64,000 nt of DNA from a virus: IMG/VR virus record IMGVR_UViG_3300017917_001112, positions 32,001-96,000 of that record; one strand, 5' to 3'. Numbering within the stretch: position 1 is the first letter of the stretch; every line of letters starts with the position of its first letter. The position numbers and the translations under genes were made by a program. Positions 52,562-60,842 of the stretch are shown here, piece by piece. Under the pieces are notes generated by a model. It was not told the origin of the DNA. It did no database searches and saw only the letters and a program-made list of their open reading frames with translations.

Positions 52562-53631
52562 AAGTTGCGATTATTACAGACCAGCACTTCGGTGCTCGCA
52601 ATGACAGCATAATATTTCTTGATTTCTTTCAGAAGTTTTATGATAATGTGTTCTTTCCTACTATTGATGAACATGGAATTAAGACAGTTCTAATTTTAGG
52701 AGACACATTTGATAGAAGGAAATATGTAAATTTTTATGCACTGAAACGTGCTAAACAAATGTTTTTTGATAAACTGGCAGAGCGTAATATTGATGTTATC
52801 ATGATTGCTGGTAATCATGACACATATTACAAAAATACCAATGATGTTAATTCACCAGAGTTGTTGCTTCAAGAATACGATAACATAACAATAATCAGCA
52901 ATCCACAAACAATTCATCTAGATTACGAAAACCCATCATGTGATGTTTTAATGTTGCCTTGGATTTGTGCTGATAATTATGCACAGACTATGCAAGAACT
53001 AACAAATACATCAGCTACTATATGTATGGGTCATTTAGAAATTTCTGGATTCGCAATGCACAAAGGGATGGAAAGCCATGAAGGTCTGGATAAGAAAACA
53101 TTTGATAAATTTGATTTGGTTTTTAGTGGGCATTATCATCACCGCAGCAATGATGGTCAGATCTACTACCTCGGAAACCCATATGAACTCACTTGGCAGG
53201 ATTACAGAGATCCCAGAGGATTTCACCTGTTTAGCGTACACGACAGACAACTCGAATTTATCGTCAATCCTTATAGTATGTTTGTTAGACTCGAATATGA
53301 CGACAGTACCGAAACAGAGAAGAGAATCGATTTAGATGAACTAGATTTGAAAGATTGTTTTGTAAAACTTGTTGTTGTAAACAAAACAGATTTATATAAA
53401 TTTGACAAATTTACTGCTAAGTTATATACTAAGGGATGTGCTGAAATTAAAATCATTGAGAACTTTTCAGAATACGAAGAGGGAACAATTGATGGTGACA
53501 TCAATCTAGAGGACACTATGTCTGTGCTAGATAATTACATTGATTCTATACAAACAGATGCTGATAAAGAACGCATCAAACAATATATGAAATCACTTTA
53601 TACTGAAGCAATCAATATGGAGGTTTCTTGA
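52558..53631 (+). CDS. gp47: Recombination endonuclease subunit gp47 (Mre11/SbcD-like)
   Basis: ITDQHFG, LGDTFDRRK, GNHD, SGHYH metallophosphoesterase motifs. Confidence 0.96.
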   Translation: MKVAIITDQHFGARNDSIIFLDFFQKFYDNVFFPTIDEHGIKTVLILGDTFDRRKYVNFYALKRAKQMFFDKLAERNIDVIMIAGNHDTYYKNTNDVNSPELLLQEYDNITIISNPQTIHLDYENPSCDVLMLPWICADNYAQTMQELTNTSATICMGHLEISGFAMHKGMESHEGLDKKTFDKFDLVFSGHYHHRSNDGQIYYLGNPYELTWQDYRDPRGFHLFSVHDRQLEFIVNPYSMFVRLEYDDSTETEKRIDLDELDLKDCFVKLVVVNKTDLYKFDKFTAKLYTKGCAEIKIIENFSEYEEGTIDGDINLEDTMSVLDNYIDSIQTDADKERIKQYMKSLYTEAINMEVS

Positions 53632-55340
53632 TTAAATTTAAATCGATCGAATGGAAAAACTTTCTATCGACTGGAAATTCAGCCAATAAAGTTTTGTTGA
53701 ACAAATCAACAACAACACTTATCGTAGGTAAAAATGGAGAAGGCAAAAGCACAATCTTAGATGCATTGTGCTTTTCATTGTTTGGTAAACCATTTAGAAA
53801 CATCAACAAGCCACAACTGATTAACAGCATCAATCAAAAGAACTGTGTAACAACAGTTGAGTTTTCATCATCAGGTAAAGAATATAAAATTGTTCGTGGT
53901 ATAAAACCAAATGTGTTTGAGATTTGGTGTGATGGTGTACTGCTCAACCAAGAAGCAGCATCACGTGACTATCAAAAGATTTTAGAACAACAAATTCTTA
54001 AAATCAACTATAAAACATTTACGCAGGTTGTTATTCTTGGTAGTGCATCTTTTGTTCCATTTATGCAATTACCATCAGCACAGCGTAGAGAAGTTATTGA
54101 AGACATTTTGGACATACGTGTGTTTAGCGTAATGAATAATGTGTTGAAAGAAAGAATGCAGGAGACAAAAGATGAAATCACAGCAACTGAATCTGCGCTC
54201 ACAATGGCACGTGAGAGGGTTGACAATCAACAGAAAACCATTAAAATCTTGCTCGACTCGAGAAAAGATGCTGTGGCAGCAGTACAGAAAAAGATTGCGG
54301 ATAATGATGTATCTATTCAAACCACGAATGAAAATATTGATGTTCTTGTTTCAGGGATTAATCAACTTAAACAGAGCATCGAGGACAGGACAGATGTTCT
54401 ATCGCAGATCGAGAAAGCGAAAACCCTTACCAATAAGAAAAGCAGTAAGATCGCAGATCTCACTACAACAATAGATTTCTTCAAAGACAACGAGACTTGC
54501 CCTCAGTGTGAACAAGGCATCCCACATGACCACAAATCGCGAATAATTGAGCAAATTCAGAAGGATTTTGAGGAAAATCAGAAGAATATTGACGACCTTA
54601 CAGCAGCACTAGGGAAACTAGAGGAAAGACTAGAAAAGATCAATGAAATACAGAATTTAATCTCTGATAAGAATATCGAGGTATCAACAGCCAACCAGAC
54701 TATTACTATGTTGAATAAAATAAACAGAGAGTTACAAGAAGAGATTGATAAAACCAAGAGTGATACAACCAATGTTGATGAGGAGAAAGCAAAACTCAAG
54801 ACAATGGCTGAAGAAGCAGTATCACATGTAAACAGAAAAACAGAACTAGTAGAACATAAGCAGTATCAGGAACTAGCATCTAGTTTGTTGCGTGACACTG
54901 GTATTAAAACAACAATCATTCGCGAATATCTACCAGTAATGAACAAACTAATTAACAAGTATTTGTCTGCTATGGATTTCTATGTTCACTTTGAACTTGA
55001 TGAGACATTTACTGAGAAAATAAAAGCAAGGTATCGTGACGAATTTACATATGAGTCATTCTCTGAGGGTGAGAAAATGCGTATTGATTTGGCTATATTA
55101 TTCACATGGCGTCAGATTGCTAAGATGAAAAACAGCGTCAATACCAATTTGTTAATACTTGACGAGATTTTTGATAGTTCTCTAGATGTAGCAGGTACAG
55201 ATTATTTCTTAACTCTGATGAACACATTCGATGATAAGACAAATGTATTTGTTATATCACACAAAGGCGATCAGTTGTTTGATAAATTCCGCAGTGTGAT
55301 TAAGTTTGAAAAACAAAATGATTTTTCGGTGATTGTATGA
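53628..55340 (+). CDS. gp46: Recombination ATPase subunit gp46 (Rad50/SbcC-like)
   Basis: GKNGEGKST, CPQC zinc hook, FSEGEK signature, LDEIFDSSLD, ISH. Confidence 0.97.
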   Translation: MIKFKSIEWKNFLSTGNSANKVLLNKSTTTLIVGKNGEGKSTILDALCFSLFGKPFRNINKPQLINSINQKNCVTTVEFSSSGKEYKIVRGIKPNVFEIWCDGVLLNQEAASRDYQKILEQQILKINYKTFTQVVILGSASFVPFMQLPSAQRREVIEDILDIRVFSVMNNVLKERMQETKDEITATESALTMARERVDNQQKTIKILLDSRKDAVAAVQKKIADNDVSIQTTNENIDVLVSGINQLKQSIEDRTDVLSQIEKAKTLTNKKSSKIADLTTTIDFFKDNETCPQCEQGIPHDHKSRIIEQIQKDFEENQKNIDDLTAALGKLEERLEKINEIQNLISDKNIEVSTANQTITMLNKINRELQEEIDKTKSDTTNVDEEKAKLKTMAEEAVSHVNRKTELVEHKQYQELASSLLRDTGIKTTIIREYLPVMNKLINKYLSAMDFYVHFELDETFTEKIKARYRDEFTYESFSEGEKMRIDLAILFTWRQIAKMKNSVNTNLLILDEIFDSSLDVAGTDYFLTLMNTFDDKTNVFVISHKGDQLFDKFRSVIKFEKQNDFSVIV

Positions 55341-55383
55341 TGCGTAATGTAAGTATGTTAGATGATATATAGAAAGGATTAAT

Positions 55384-55845
55384 ATGTCAGAATTAGTGAA
55401 CTATGCGAAAAACGAATTAGATATTATCGGTATGAAAGAAGGCGATGATCTGAATGGTGCAATGAGAAAACACTTACTACACATGATAGAACAGTTTAGT
55501 GAAGAAGGTCATTCTGGATTCTCTGCAAATTATGCGATTAGTTGTTTGGAGAAACTGATGAGGTATCAACCATTATCTCCTCTCACTGGTAATGATGATG
55601 AATGGACTGAGGTCGCAGAAGATAAACTAATTGGTGGTAAAATCTGGCAAAATAACAGATGCTATCGTGTGTTTAAAGATGAAAATGGAGCATATGATAG
55701 TGAGGGGATTGTTTTCTACACAATGGAAATTGATGATGAGGGCAAGCCATTTAAATCATACTTCACATCATCTGATAGTAGAGTATCAATTACTTTTCCA
55801 TATGTGCCAGAGCGAATCTATAAAGAAAAACCAAAAGAAGAATGA
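55384..55845 (+). CDS. Hypothetical phage protein
   Basis: AAAGGA RBS; EGHSGFSA...PLSPLTG.DDEW...QN.R...VFK motif. Confidence 0.75.
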   Translation: MSELVNYAKNELDIIGMKEGDDLNGAMRKHLLHMIEQFSEEGHSGFSANYAISCLEKLMRYQPLSPLTGNDDEWTEVAEDKLIGGKIWQNNRCYRVFKDENGAYDSEGIVFYTMEIDDEGKPFKSYFTSSDSRVSITFPYVPERIYKEKPKEE

Positions 55846-55979
55846 CAGAGCAAGAGATTCTAAATTTCTATAAACAACTTGAAGAGTATTATGGTGATAA
55901 ATTGGCAAACTTCGAGCACTACCCACGCATATTTGCTCATCAAGTAAAATTATACAAATATTATAAAGGTATGTTATGA
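55842..55979 (+). CDS. 45-aa hypothetical protein (not in ORF track)
   Basis: MTEQEILNFYKQLEEYYGDKLANFEHYPRIFAHQVKLYKYYKGML; ATGA overlaps at both ends. Confidence 0.7.
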   Translation: MTEQEILNFYKQLEEYYGDKLANFEHYPRIFAHQVKLYKYYKGML

Positions 55980-56599
55980 TTGATCCAGTAATTCAACCAA
56001 TATTTCCTATTCCTGTTGTGTTATCACAATTAGATAGAGATTGGACTGCTGAGGAAAAACAGTTCTTTGCCAAACAGAACAGCAAACAAATGCGTAATGT
56101 GGGCAACACCATGAGCAAGAACACCTATATCTTAAATGAACCAGAACTCGCTGGTTTGAAAGCAGAGATTGATGATGTGCTCAAACAATATGTTGATAAC
56201 ATTATCGCACCACAGAATGATGATGTTGAGATATACATTACTCAGTCGTGGATGAACTGGACAAGGAAGGGTGAGTGGCATCACAAACACACACATAGCA
56301 ACAGCTACTTGTCTGGTGTTGTATACATAAATGCAGATGAGAAAGTTGATAAGATTGTGTTCATTAATGATGTGTACAGAACTATCAAATTTACTCATAA
56401 AGAAGTAAATCATTTTAACACAGAGACATGGGATTTCACATCTCGTCCTGGAATGTTGGTACTATTTCCTTCGTGGTTACAACACATGGTTGAAATGAAA
56501 GGCGAAGGACATTCTAACACAAGAATCAGTTTAGCATTTAACACATTTGTTCGTGGCACATTGGGTGCCAGCAATGCACTAACGGAGTTGAAACTATGA
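55976..56599 (+). CDS. Putative 2OG-Fe(II) oxygenase (TIGR02466-like)
   Basis: IFP.PV, SW.N, H.H.H.NS.LSGV.Y, G.LVLFPS.L.H.V, RISLAFN. Confidence 0.88.
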   Translation: MIDPVIQPIFPIPVVLSQLDRDWTAEEKQFFAKQNSKQMRNVGNTMSKNTYILNEPELAGLKAEIDDVLKQYVDNIIAPQNDDVEIYITQSWMNWTRKGEWHHKHTHSNSYLSGVVYINADEKVDKIVFINDVYRTIKFTHKEVNHFNTETWDFTSRPGMLVLFPSWLQHMVEMKGEGHSNTRISLAFNTFVRGTLGASNALTELKL

Positions 56600-56805
56600 G
56601 CGACACACCTGTATACATTGACCCACTCACACGTTTGAAACAAGAACGTGAACTACGCAAGGCAAAGAAAAAAGTACGCAAGGAAATTGAGCCAAAGATA
56701 GGTAAAAAAGCAGCAAAACATTTTGTTAAGAAAGCAGCAAACAAAGTGATGGCTGACAGAGCAATTGAACAGAAAGTTATGAAACATGCTGCGAGAGGTG
56801 GATGA
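56596..56805 (+). CDS. Small basic (Lys-rich) hypothetical protein
   Basis: 69 aa with ATGA overlaps. Confidence 0.6.
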   Translation: MSDTPVYIDPLTRLKQERELRKAKKKVRKEIEPKIGKKAAKHFVKKAANKVMADRAIEQKVMKHAARGG

Positions 56806-56942
56806 TGAAACGCTACTGTTGCGATAACCTATGTCAACAAGGCAGACACTGCCCAAACCGAAAAGAAAGAGAAATGCCCTATGGGATGTTGGCTACATTT
56901 GCCATCACTGTATTCCTACTTTGCTTAGTTAGTATCCACTAA
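56802..56942 (+). CDS. 46-aa Cys-rich membrane-anchored micro-protein (not in ORF track)
   Basis: MMKRYCCDNLCQQGRHCPNRKEREMPYGMLATFAITVFLLCLVSIH; GAGG RBS. Confidence 0.6.
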   Translation: MMKRYCCDNLCQQGRHCPNRKEREMPYGMLATFAITVFLLCLVSIH

Positions 56943-56947
56943 CTTAT

Positions 56948-57021
56948 TAACCCTACGACCTGTAGGGTTATTTCCGAAAATGCTTGACATTTATTCGGTT
57001 TTCAGATAGAATTAAGGTATG
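56948..57021 (+). promoter_or_regulatory. Early promoter cassette copy 1 (dyad + sigma70 promoter)
   Basis: TAACCCTAC-GACCT-GTAGGGTTA (56948-70); TTGACA 56984-89; 17-nt spacer; TAGAAT 57007-12; ATG at 57019. Confidence 0.85.
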
Positions 57022-57237
57022 AAAATTGAATTGAACGATGTCTTAAAGTGGGTTGCCTGTGCTGTAACCCTTGCAGGTGCTCTCTGCACCAGTCTCCGTA
57101 TAGATCCCCTGAACATTTATTTGCTCAACGCAGGTGCCCTGTTGTACCTCGTCTGGAGCATCCGTATCCGTGAGTGGAATCTCTCAGCTGTGAACGCTGG
57201 TCTATTGACCATATATGTGGTAGGGTTATTCGCTTGA
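57019..57237 (+). CDS. 72-aa three-helix membrane protein (PnuC/SemiSWEET-half-like)
   Basis: Three hydrophobic segments with a KW.A...T..GA / P.N / W....R..N pattern. Confidence 0.65.
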   Translation: MKIELNDVLKWVACAVTLAGALCTSLRIDPLNIYLLNAGALLYLVWSIRIREWNLSAVNAGLLTIYVVGLFA

Positions 57238-57295
57238 CGAAAATTCGGTTTTCAGATAGAATTATACTATGATGAATAGAAAAGGAAATGAAATG
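57220..57295 (+). promoter_or_regulatory. Early promoter cassette copy 2 (half dyad + promoter + RBS)
   Basis: GTAGGGTTATT, then TTGACG-N17-TAGAAT and AAAGGAAATGAAATG. 57232-57295 matches 58020-58083 at 63/64 nt. Confidence 0.85.
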
Positions 57296-57565
57296 TTAAA
57301 TGTGAATGTTGGTGATGTGATTCGTGCTTATGACTTCAAACCGATGGTTGGTCGTGAAGACTGCTTCGTTGAAGGTGTTGTTGAGCAAGTTAAAAACAAT
57401 GAGCAAGGATATACTGCTTTCAAGATTACTGCTACCAAAGATGTGTTTGGTGGTGAGACCCAACCGAAAGGCAAACACTCTCGTGTTGGTAAAATCGTGT
57501 TCGTACCGCATGAAGTTTCCTTCATGGAATATGCTGGTCGTGTGATTAACCTGTCGAGGATTTAA
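57293..57565 (+). CDS. Early hypothetical protein (SH3-like beta barrel suspected)
   Basis: AAAGGA RBS from the cassette; VNVGDVIRAYDF...FVEGVV. Confidence 0.7.
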   Translation: MLNVNVGDVIRAYDFKPMVGREDCFVEGVVEQVKNNEQGYTAFKITATKDVFGGETQPKGKHSRVGKIVFVPHEVSFMEYAGRVINLSRI

Positions 57566-57566
57566 T

Positions 57567-57815
57567 ATGAGAATGAAACGAATTGTTGCTGGTCTTAACA
57601 ATACACAAAAGATCCGTGTGATCATCGATGGTGTGGGTTTCGTGACTGATGTGTATGGAATGTCAGAAATGCCCATCGTGAGTCAGCGTGCCAGCGTGTG
57701 GCAGGTGTTAGAGCAGATGGCTATGCGTGGTGACAAAGGCATGGCTACACGGATAACCTACTACGACAATGCCATGAAGGCAGGAACGCATGACATTCAG
57801 GTCGACCTGCTTTGA
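57567..57815 (+). CDS. Early hypothetical protein
   Basis: Tightly packed + strand ORF. Confidence 0.65.
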   Translation: MRMKRIVAGLNNTQKIRVIIDGVGFVTDVYGMSEMPIVSQRASVWQVLEQMAMRGDKGMATRITYYDNAMKAGTHDIQVDLL

Positions 57816-57839
57816 AAATGAAATGAAGGAAACTGTATA

Positions 57840-58025
57840 ATGTTGAATGATGTAATTTTTAATGGTCTGACTCGCCATCAAATGGTCTGTCAGATTCACC
57901 TAGAAACTGATACGTCCAGCTGGTGCTATCGTGCTACGAATGAGCAGTTGATCAAGGGTTACAAAGAAATCTTTGGTCTAACGGATACCCCTACAGACTG
58001 TAAGGTTATTCCCGAAAGTGCTTGA
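57840..58025 (+). CDS. Early hypothetical protein
   Basis: AAGGA RBS; its C-terminus is encoded by promoter cassette copy 3. Confidence 0.55.
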   Translation: MLNDVIFNGLTRHQMVCQIHLETDTSSWCYRATNEQLIKGYKEIFGLTDTPTDCKVIPESA

Positions 58026-58083
58026 CGAAAATTCGGTTTTCAGATAGAATTATACTATGATGAATAAAAAAGGAAATGAAATG
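57987..58083 (+). promoter_or_regulatory. Early promoter cassette copy 3
   Basis: ACCCCTAC-AGACT-GTAAGGTTATT; TTGACG 58022-27; N17; TAGAAT 58045-50; RBS and ATG at 58081. Confidence 0.85.
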
Positions 58084-58236
58084 AAAGGTTCTATCCGTTT
58101 GATCGTTGGTATCCTAGTCGTGTTTGGTGCTGTTGGTGGTATCGATGCAGGAAATGATTTGTTGCCTTGTGTTGCTCTCGCAGTGCTTGGTTTGTTTGTA
58201 ATGAGTAGTGGCGTTCGTGCCATGGAGAAAGTTTGA
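58081..58236 (+). CDS. 51-aa two-TM membrane protein (not in ORF track)
   Basis: MKGSIRLIVGILVVFGAVGGIDAGNDLLPCVALAVLGLFVMSSGVRAMEKV; cassette RBS. Confidence 0.75.
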   Translation: MKGSIRLIVGILVVFGAVGGIDAGNDLLPCVALAVLGLFVMSSGVRAMEKV

Positions 58237-58520
58237 TGTTGAAGTGTGTTTGTCCTGTTTGTAATGGTTCTGGTCGTAGACCTGCTGGCGATTATGCCTA
58301 TAAAAATGTGATCGCTGGCTACGACAAAGAAACCGATACGCTACCCTGCAGAAACTGTGGTGGTCAGTATATGTATGGTTCACCGACTGGTGAGGTTCGT
58401 GCTCGTCCTGACGGAACTCCGTGTGTTCACGAATACACCAGCAGAACTGTTGGTCGTTGTCTGACTCAGTATACCTGCAAACACTGTGGTGACACATATC
58501 AAATTGATAGTGGAGATTGA
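58236..58520 (+). CDS. Zn-finger protein (DnaJ-like CxxCxGxG motif)
   Basis: CPVCNGSG, CRNCGG, C.H...C..C. Confidence 0.7.
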   Translation: MLKCVCPVCNGSGRRPAGDYAYKNVIAGYDKETDTLPCRNCGGQYMYGSPTGEVRARPDGTPCVHEYTSRTVGRCLTQYTCKHCGDTYQIDSGD

Positions 58521-58522
58521 TT

Positions 58523-58699
58523 ATGAATGATTATGATTTGGTAAAAACAGTTGTAAATAAATTGCACGAAAAGTATGACACCTATGCTCATGCTGCTGGA
58601 TATCTTGAGTCGACAGTTGTTGGACTGCTACAAGGCGAATCACCTGATGATGTCCGTCGTCGCTTGAATAACATGTTGAAAGAAATGGAGAATGTATAA
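58523..58699 (+). CDS. Small hypothetical protein
   Basis: GGAG RBS; YAHAAGYLES motif. Confidence 0.65.
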   Translation: MNDYDLVKTVVNKLHEKYDTYAHAAGYLESTVVGLLQGESPDDVRRRLNNMLKEMENV

Positions 58700-58935
58700 T
58701 GGGTTACTTTAGCAATCTTTCAGTTGATATTGTTGAGTTGTTTGAGAATGGATATTCCATCGAGGACATTGCTTCGAAGGTAAACCAACCCTTTGAGGCA
58801 GTAAAAGAAATCGTGGAAGCATATGTAAATGATGAGTACGATTGCGATCCAGGTGAAATGGACGGAGACTTTGATTCTGCCATGGCATCTGCTGGTTATG
58901 GTACTGATGAAGACTATGGTTTTTATGGAGAATAA
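58699..58935 (+). CDS. Acidic protein with HTH-like N-terminus
   Basis: G.S.EDIA..V..P.E.V..I (HTH-like) and tail DGDFDSAMASAGYGTDEDYG; GGAG RBS. Confidence 0.7.
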   Translation: MGYFSNLSVDIVELFENGYSIEDIASKVNQPFEAVKEIVEAYVNDEYDCDPGEMDGDFDSAMASAGYGTDEDYGFYGE

Positions 58936-58936
58936 A

Positions 58937-59170
58937 ATGCAAACAAGAGAATTTCGTGGACAAGTTTTTGACGCTACCCATGGTAGTCCCTTTGATCGTG
59001 GCTCAGCTGACAGCTGGTATAGTCGTCCGCAAGAACCACACTGGTATCCTGAGGGAACTGGGTTTGGTCAGCGAGTTGAGTCAAAAGACATGAGCATGGC
59101 AGAGTTGCGTGCTTACTTCGCTGGTTATGAATACAATGAACAGTTTGGTGGCAAGAAAGATTATACATAA
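58937..59170 (+). CDS. Small hypothetical phage protein
   Basis: ATG at 58937 with GGAG; HGSPFDRG.ADSWY.R...PH.Y motif. Confidence 0.75.
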   Translation: MQTREFRGQVFDATHGSPFDRGSADSWYSRPQEPHWYPEGTGFGQRVESKDMSMAELRAYFAGYEYNEQFGGKKDYT

Positions 59171-59391
59171 TGCCAATTCGAACAAGACAGGTAGTTGTTG
59201 TGAACAAATGCCAGTGTCGCAAGTGTGGTGACATCATTGAAAGCAAACATCGCCATGATTTTGTGCAATGTAAATGTGGTGCCATCTTTACTGATGGTGG
59301 TAAATCTTATATTCGTAGGGGTGCAAAAGACTTTGATGACATCATCGACATGAGCGAGTCTTACGAAGAGGAGTATGAAAGCCAATGGTAG
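59170..59391 (+). CDS. Zn-ribbon protein
   Basis: N..QC.KCGDIIESKHRHDFV.C.CG.I..DGG..Y.RR. Confidence 0.75.
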   Translation: MPIRTRQVVVVNKCQCRKCGDIIESKHRHDFVQCKCGAIFTDGGKSYIRRGAKDFDDIIDMSESYEEEYESQW

Positions 59392-59606
59392 TAGAAATGA
59401 ATGTTGAATTTGTTTATGTCCTACAAATGATGTGTGACGGAGAACAAGAAATCATTGACATTTTCCGTCATGAGACAGATGCCGTTGACCGAGCAAGAGA
59501 CATCGCAGAGTACGCAGATCTACCTGAGGATGAAGACAGTGGTGGCAACAGCTGGTCAAATGATTTTGGCACATGCATTTGGATTGAAAGAAAAGAACTG
59601 GTATGA
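59385..59606 (+). CDS. Small acidic hypothetical protein
   Basis: GAGGAG upstream; packed ORF. Confidence 0.6.
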   Translation: MVVEMNVEFVYVLQMMCDGEQEIIDIFRHETDAVDRARDIAEYADLPEDEDSGGNSWSNDFGTCIWIERKELV

Positions 59607-60022
59607 TACGCTGGATTGAAAATTGTAGCATGAGTGATATTCATCTTGGTCATCACAGCGACCTTGGGAATAACACCATGCTCATTCGCATTCAAGACCC
59701 TGCTACAGAATTTATGCCAACCAAGCATTTATTCAAAGAGGTCTACTGTTTTGAGTTTCTGGATGCAGAGGATGAGGATGGTTTTGATGAAGACTTCAAA
59801 ATCAATGACAGCCAAGCCAATGAACTTGTCATGCTACTGAGTCATGCAATGGAGAAAAGCATGAACGTGCTGGTTCACTGCCATGCTGGTATCTGCCGTA
59901 GTGGTGCTGTTGTTGAGGTAGGAACCATGATGGGTTTCACTGCCACTGAACGCTACCGTCAGCCAAACCTGCGTGTAAAACAAAAGATGATGAAGATTCT
60001 TGGAGCTACCTATGATTCGTAA
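59603..60022 (+). CDS. Protein tyrosine/dual-specificity phosphatase
   Basis: Catalytic P-loop VHCHAGICRS (HCx5R), upstream F.D acid loop, downstream PN. Confidence 0.88.
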   Translation: MIRWIENCSMSDIHLGHHSDLGNNTMLIRIQDPATEFMPTKHLFKEVYCFEFLDAEDEDGFDEDFKINDSQANELVMLLSHAMEKSMNVLVHCHAGICRSGAVVEVGTMMGFTATERYRQPNLRVKQKMMKILGATYDS

Positions 60023-60227
60023 GAAACAATTCCGTGATGCACTGATAATTGACCTGACTGGACCAGATGGCAATGCATTTTCTCTGCTTGCCTTTGCGAG
60101 TAAGTTTGCTCAGCGATTGGGTATGGACAGTAAGGCAATTACAGATGAGATGCGCTCAGGTGACTATGAAAACCTAATCGCTACCTTTGATAAATACTTT
60201 GGCGATTATGTAATTTTGGAGAGATGA
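60012..60227 (+). CDS. Small hypothetical phage protein
   Basis: IDLTGPDGNAF.L....M.SGDY..L...F...FG motif; GGAG RBS. Confidence 0.75.
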   Translation: MIRKKQFRDALIIDLTGPDGNAFSLLAFASKFAQRLGMDSKAITDEMRSGDYENLIATFDKYFGDYVILER

Positions 60228-60449
60228 ATGTCAATCACAATCCCACAAGAGGTAGCTGATGGTATCACAGTTGCCAATCTAAAAGACTGGCGTGACTATC
60301 TGCAGTCAGAACTAAATGCATGGTATGAAAATCCAAAGACAGAGGACAATCCCAATGGCAACTGGATTCATCCTGAGGACATTGCTTCCAATCACAATTA
60401 TATTCGTGCTTGCAATCTGTTAATTAAAGCATTTGGAGGATCAGAATGA
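60228..60449 (+). CDS. Small hypothetical protein
   Basis: GGAG RBS; W.HPED motif. Confidence 0.7.
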   Translation: MSITIPQEVADGITVANLKDWRDYLQSELNAWYENPKTEDNPNGNWIHPEDIASNHNYIRACNLLIKAFGGSE

Positions 60450-60526
60450 TTTATCTAATAGCAATTGTAGTTGCCCTACTCATTTGGTTACTTGTATGGG
60501 TAGGAGATAACAATGACAATGAATAG
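60446..60526 (+). CDS. 26-aa single-TM micro-protein (not in ORF track)
   Basis: MIYLIAIVVALLIWLLVWVGDNNDNE; GGAGG RBS; exactly fills the gap. Confidence 0.55.
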   Translation: MIYLIAIVVALLIWLLVWVGDNNDNE

Positions 60527-60806
60527 ATGTCTCGAGTGTGGTAAGCCAGCAGACTGGATAAGACACACACAATTCTCAGGCGACCATCCCTACTGCGAAG
60601 AGCATGCAAAGGCAGAATCAGACTTCGGTCAGGAAGACAGTTACACCTACTGGGAAAACATTGCCCAGACAGCATTCTTCGACTGGTTTCATGCTCCACT
60701 GGAATCAGGCAAACTACGCAGTGAAGTCTTTTACAATGAACTAAACCCAGAGAAGGCAACAACATGGTTACAACAAGCATTCGACGCAGGACGCAACCAA
60801 TCTTGA
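60513..60806 (+). CDS. Hypothetical protein with N-terminal Zn-finger
   Basis: C..CGKPA.W.R.TQF.G.HP.C..HA; AGGAG RBS. Confidence 0.7.
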   Translation: MTMNRCLECGKPADWIRHTQFSGDHPYCEEHAKAESDFGQEDSYTYWENIAQTAFFDWFHAPLESGKLRSEVFYNELNPEKATTWLQQAFDAGRNQS

Positions 60807-60842
60807 GGGAGATCCTAAAGGAATTTTTTTACGGAGTCTATT

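Noticed and set aside
38116-55340. Inteins, group I introns or homing endonucleases in gp17, gp20, gp23, uvsW, gp46/47
   Set aside because: These genes are of normal length and uninterrupted.
694-56856. Numerous short minus-strand or alternate-frame ORFs inside structural and replication genes
   Set aside because: They are shadow ORFs of well-supported + strand genes, with no RBS, promoter or motif support.
56948-58083. Repeats as a possible CRISPR mini-array
   Set aside because: Spacing is hundreds of bp and irregular, the intervening DNA is protein-coding, the repeats are promoters, and no cas genes are present.
60813-60830. TCC-TAAA-GGA plus T-run as a terminator
   Set aside because: The stem is only 3 bp, which is insufficient.
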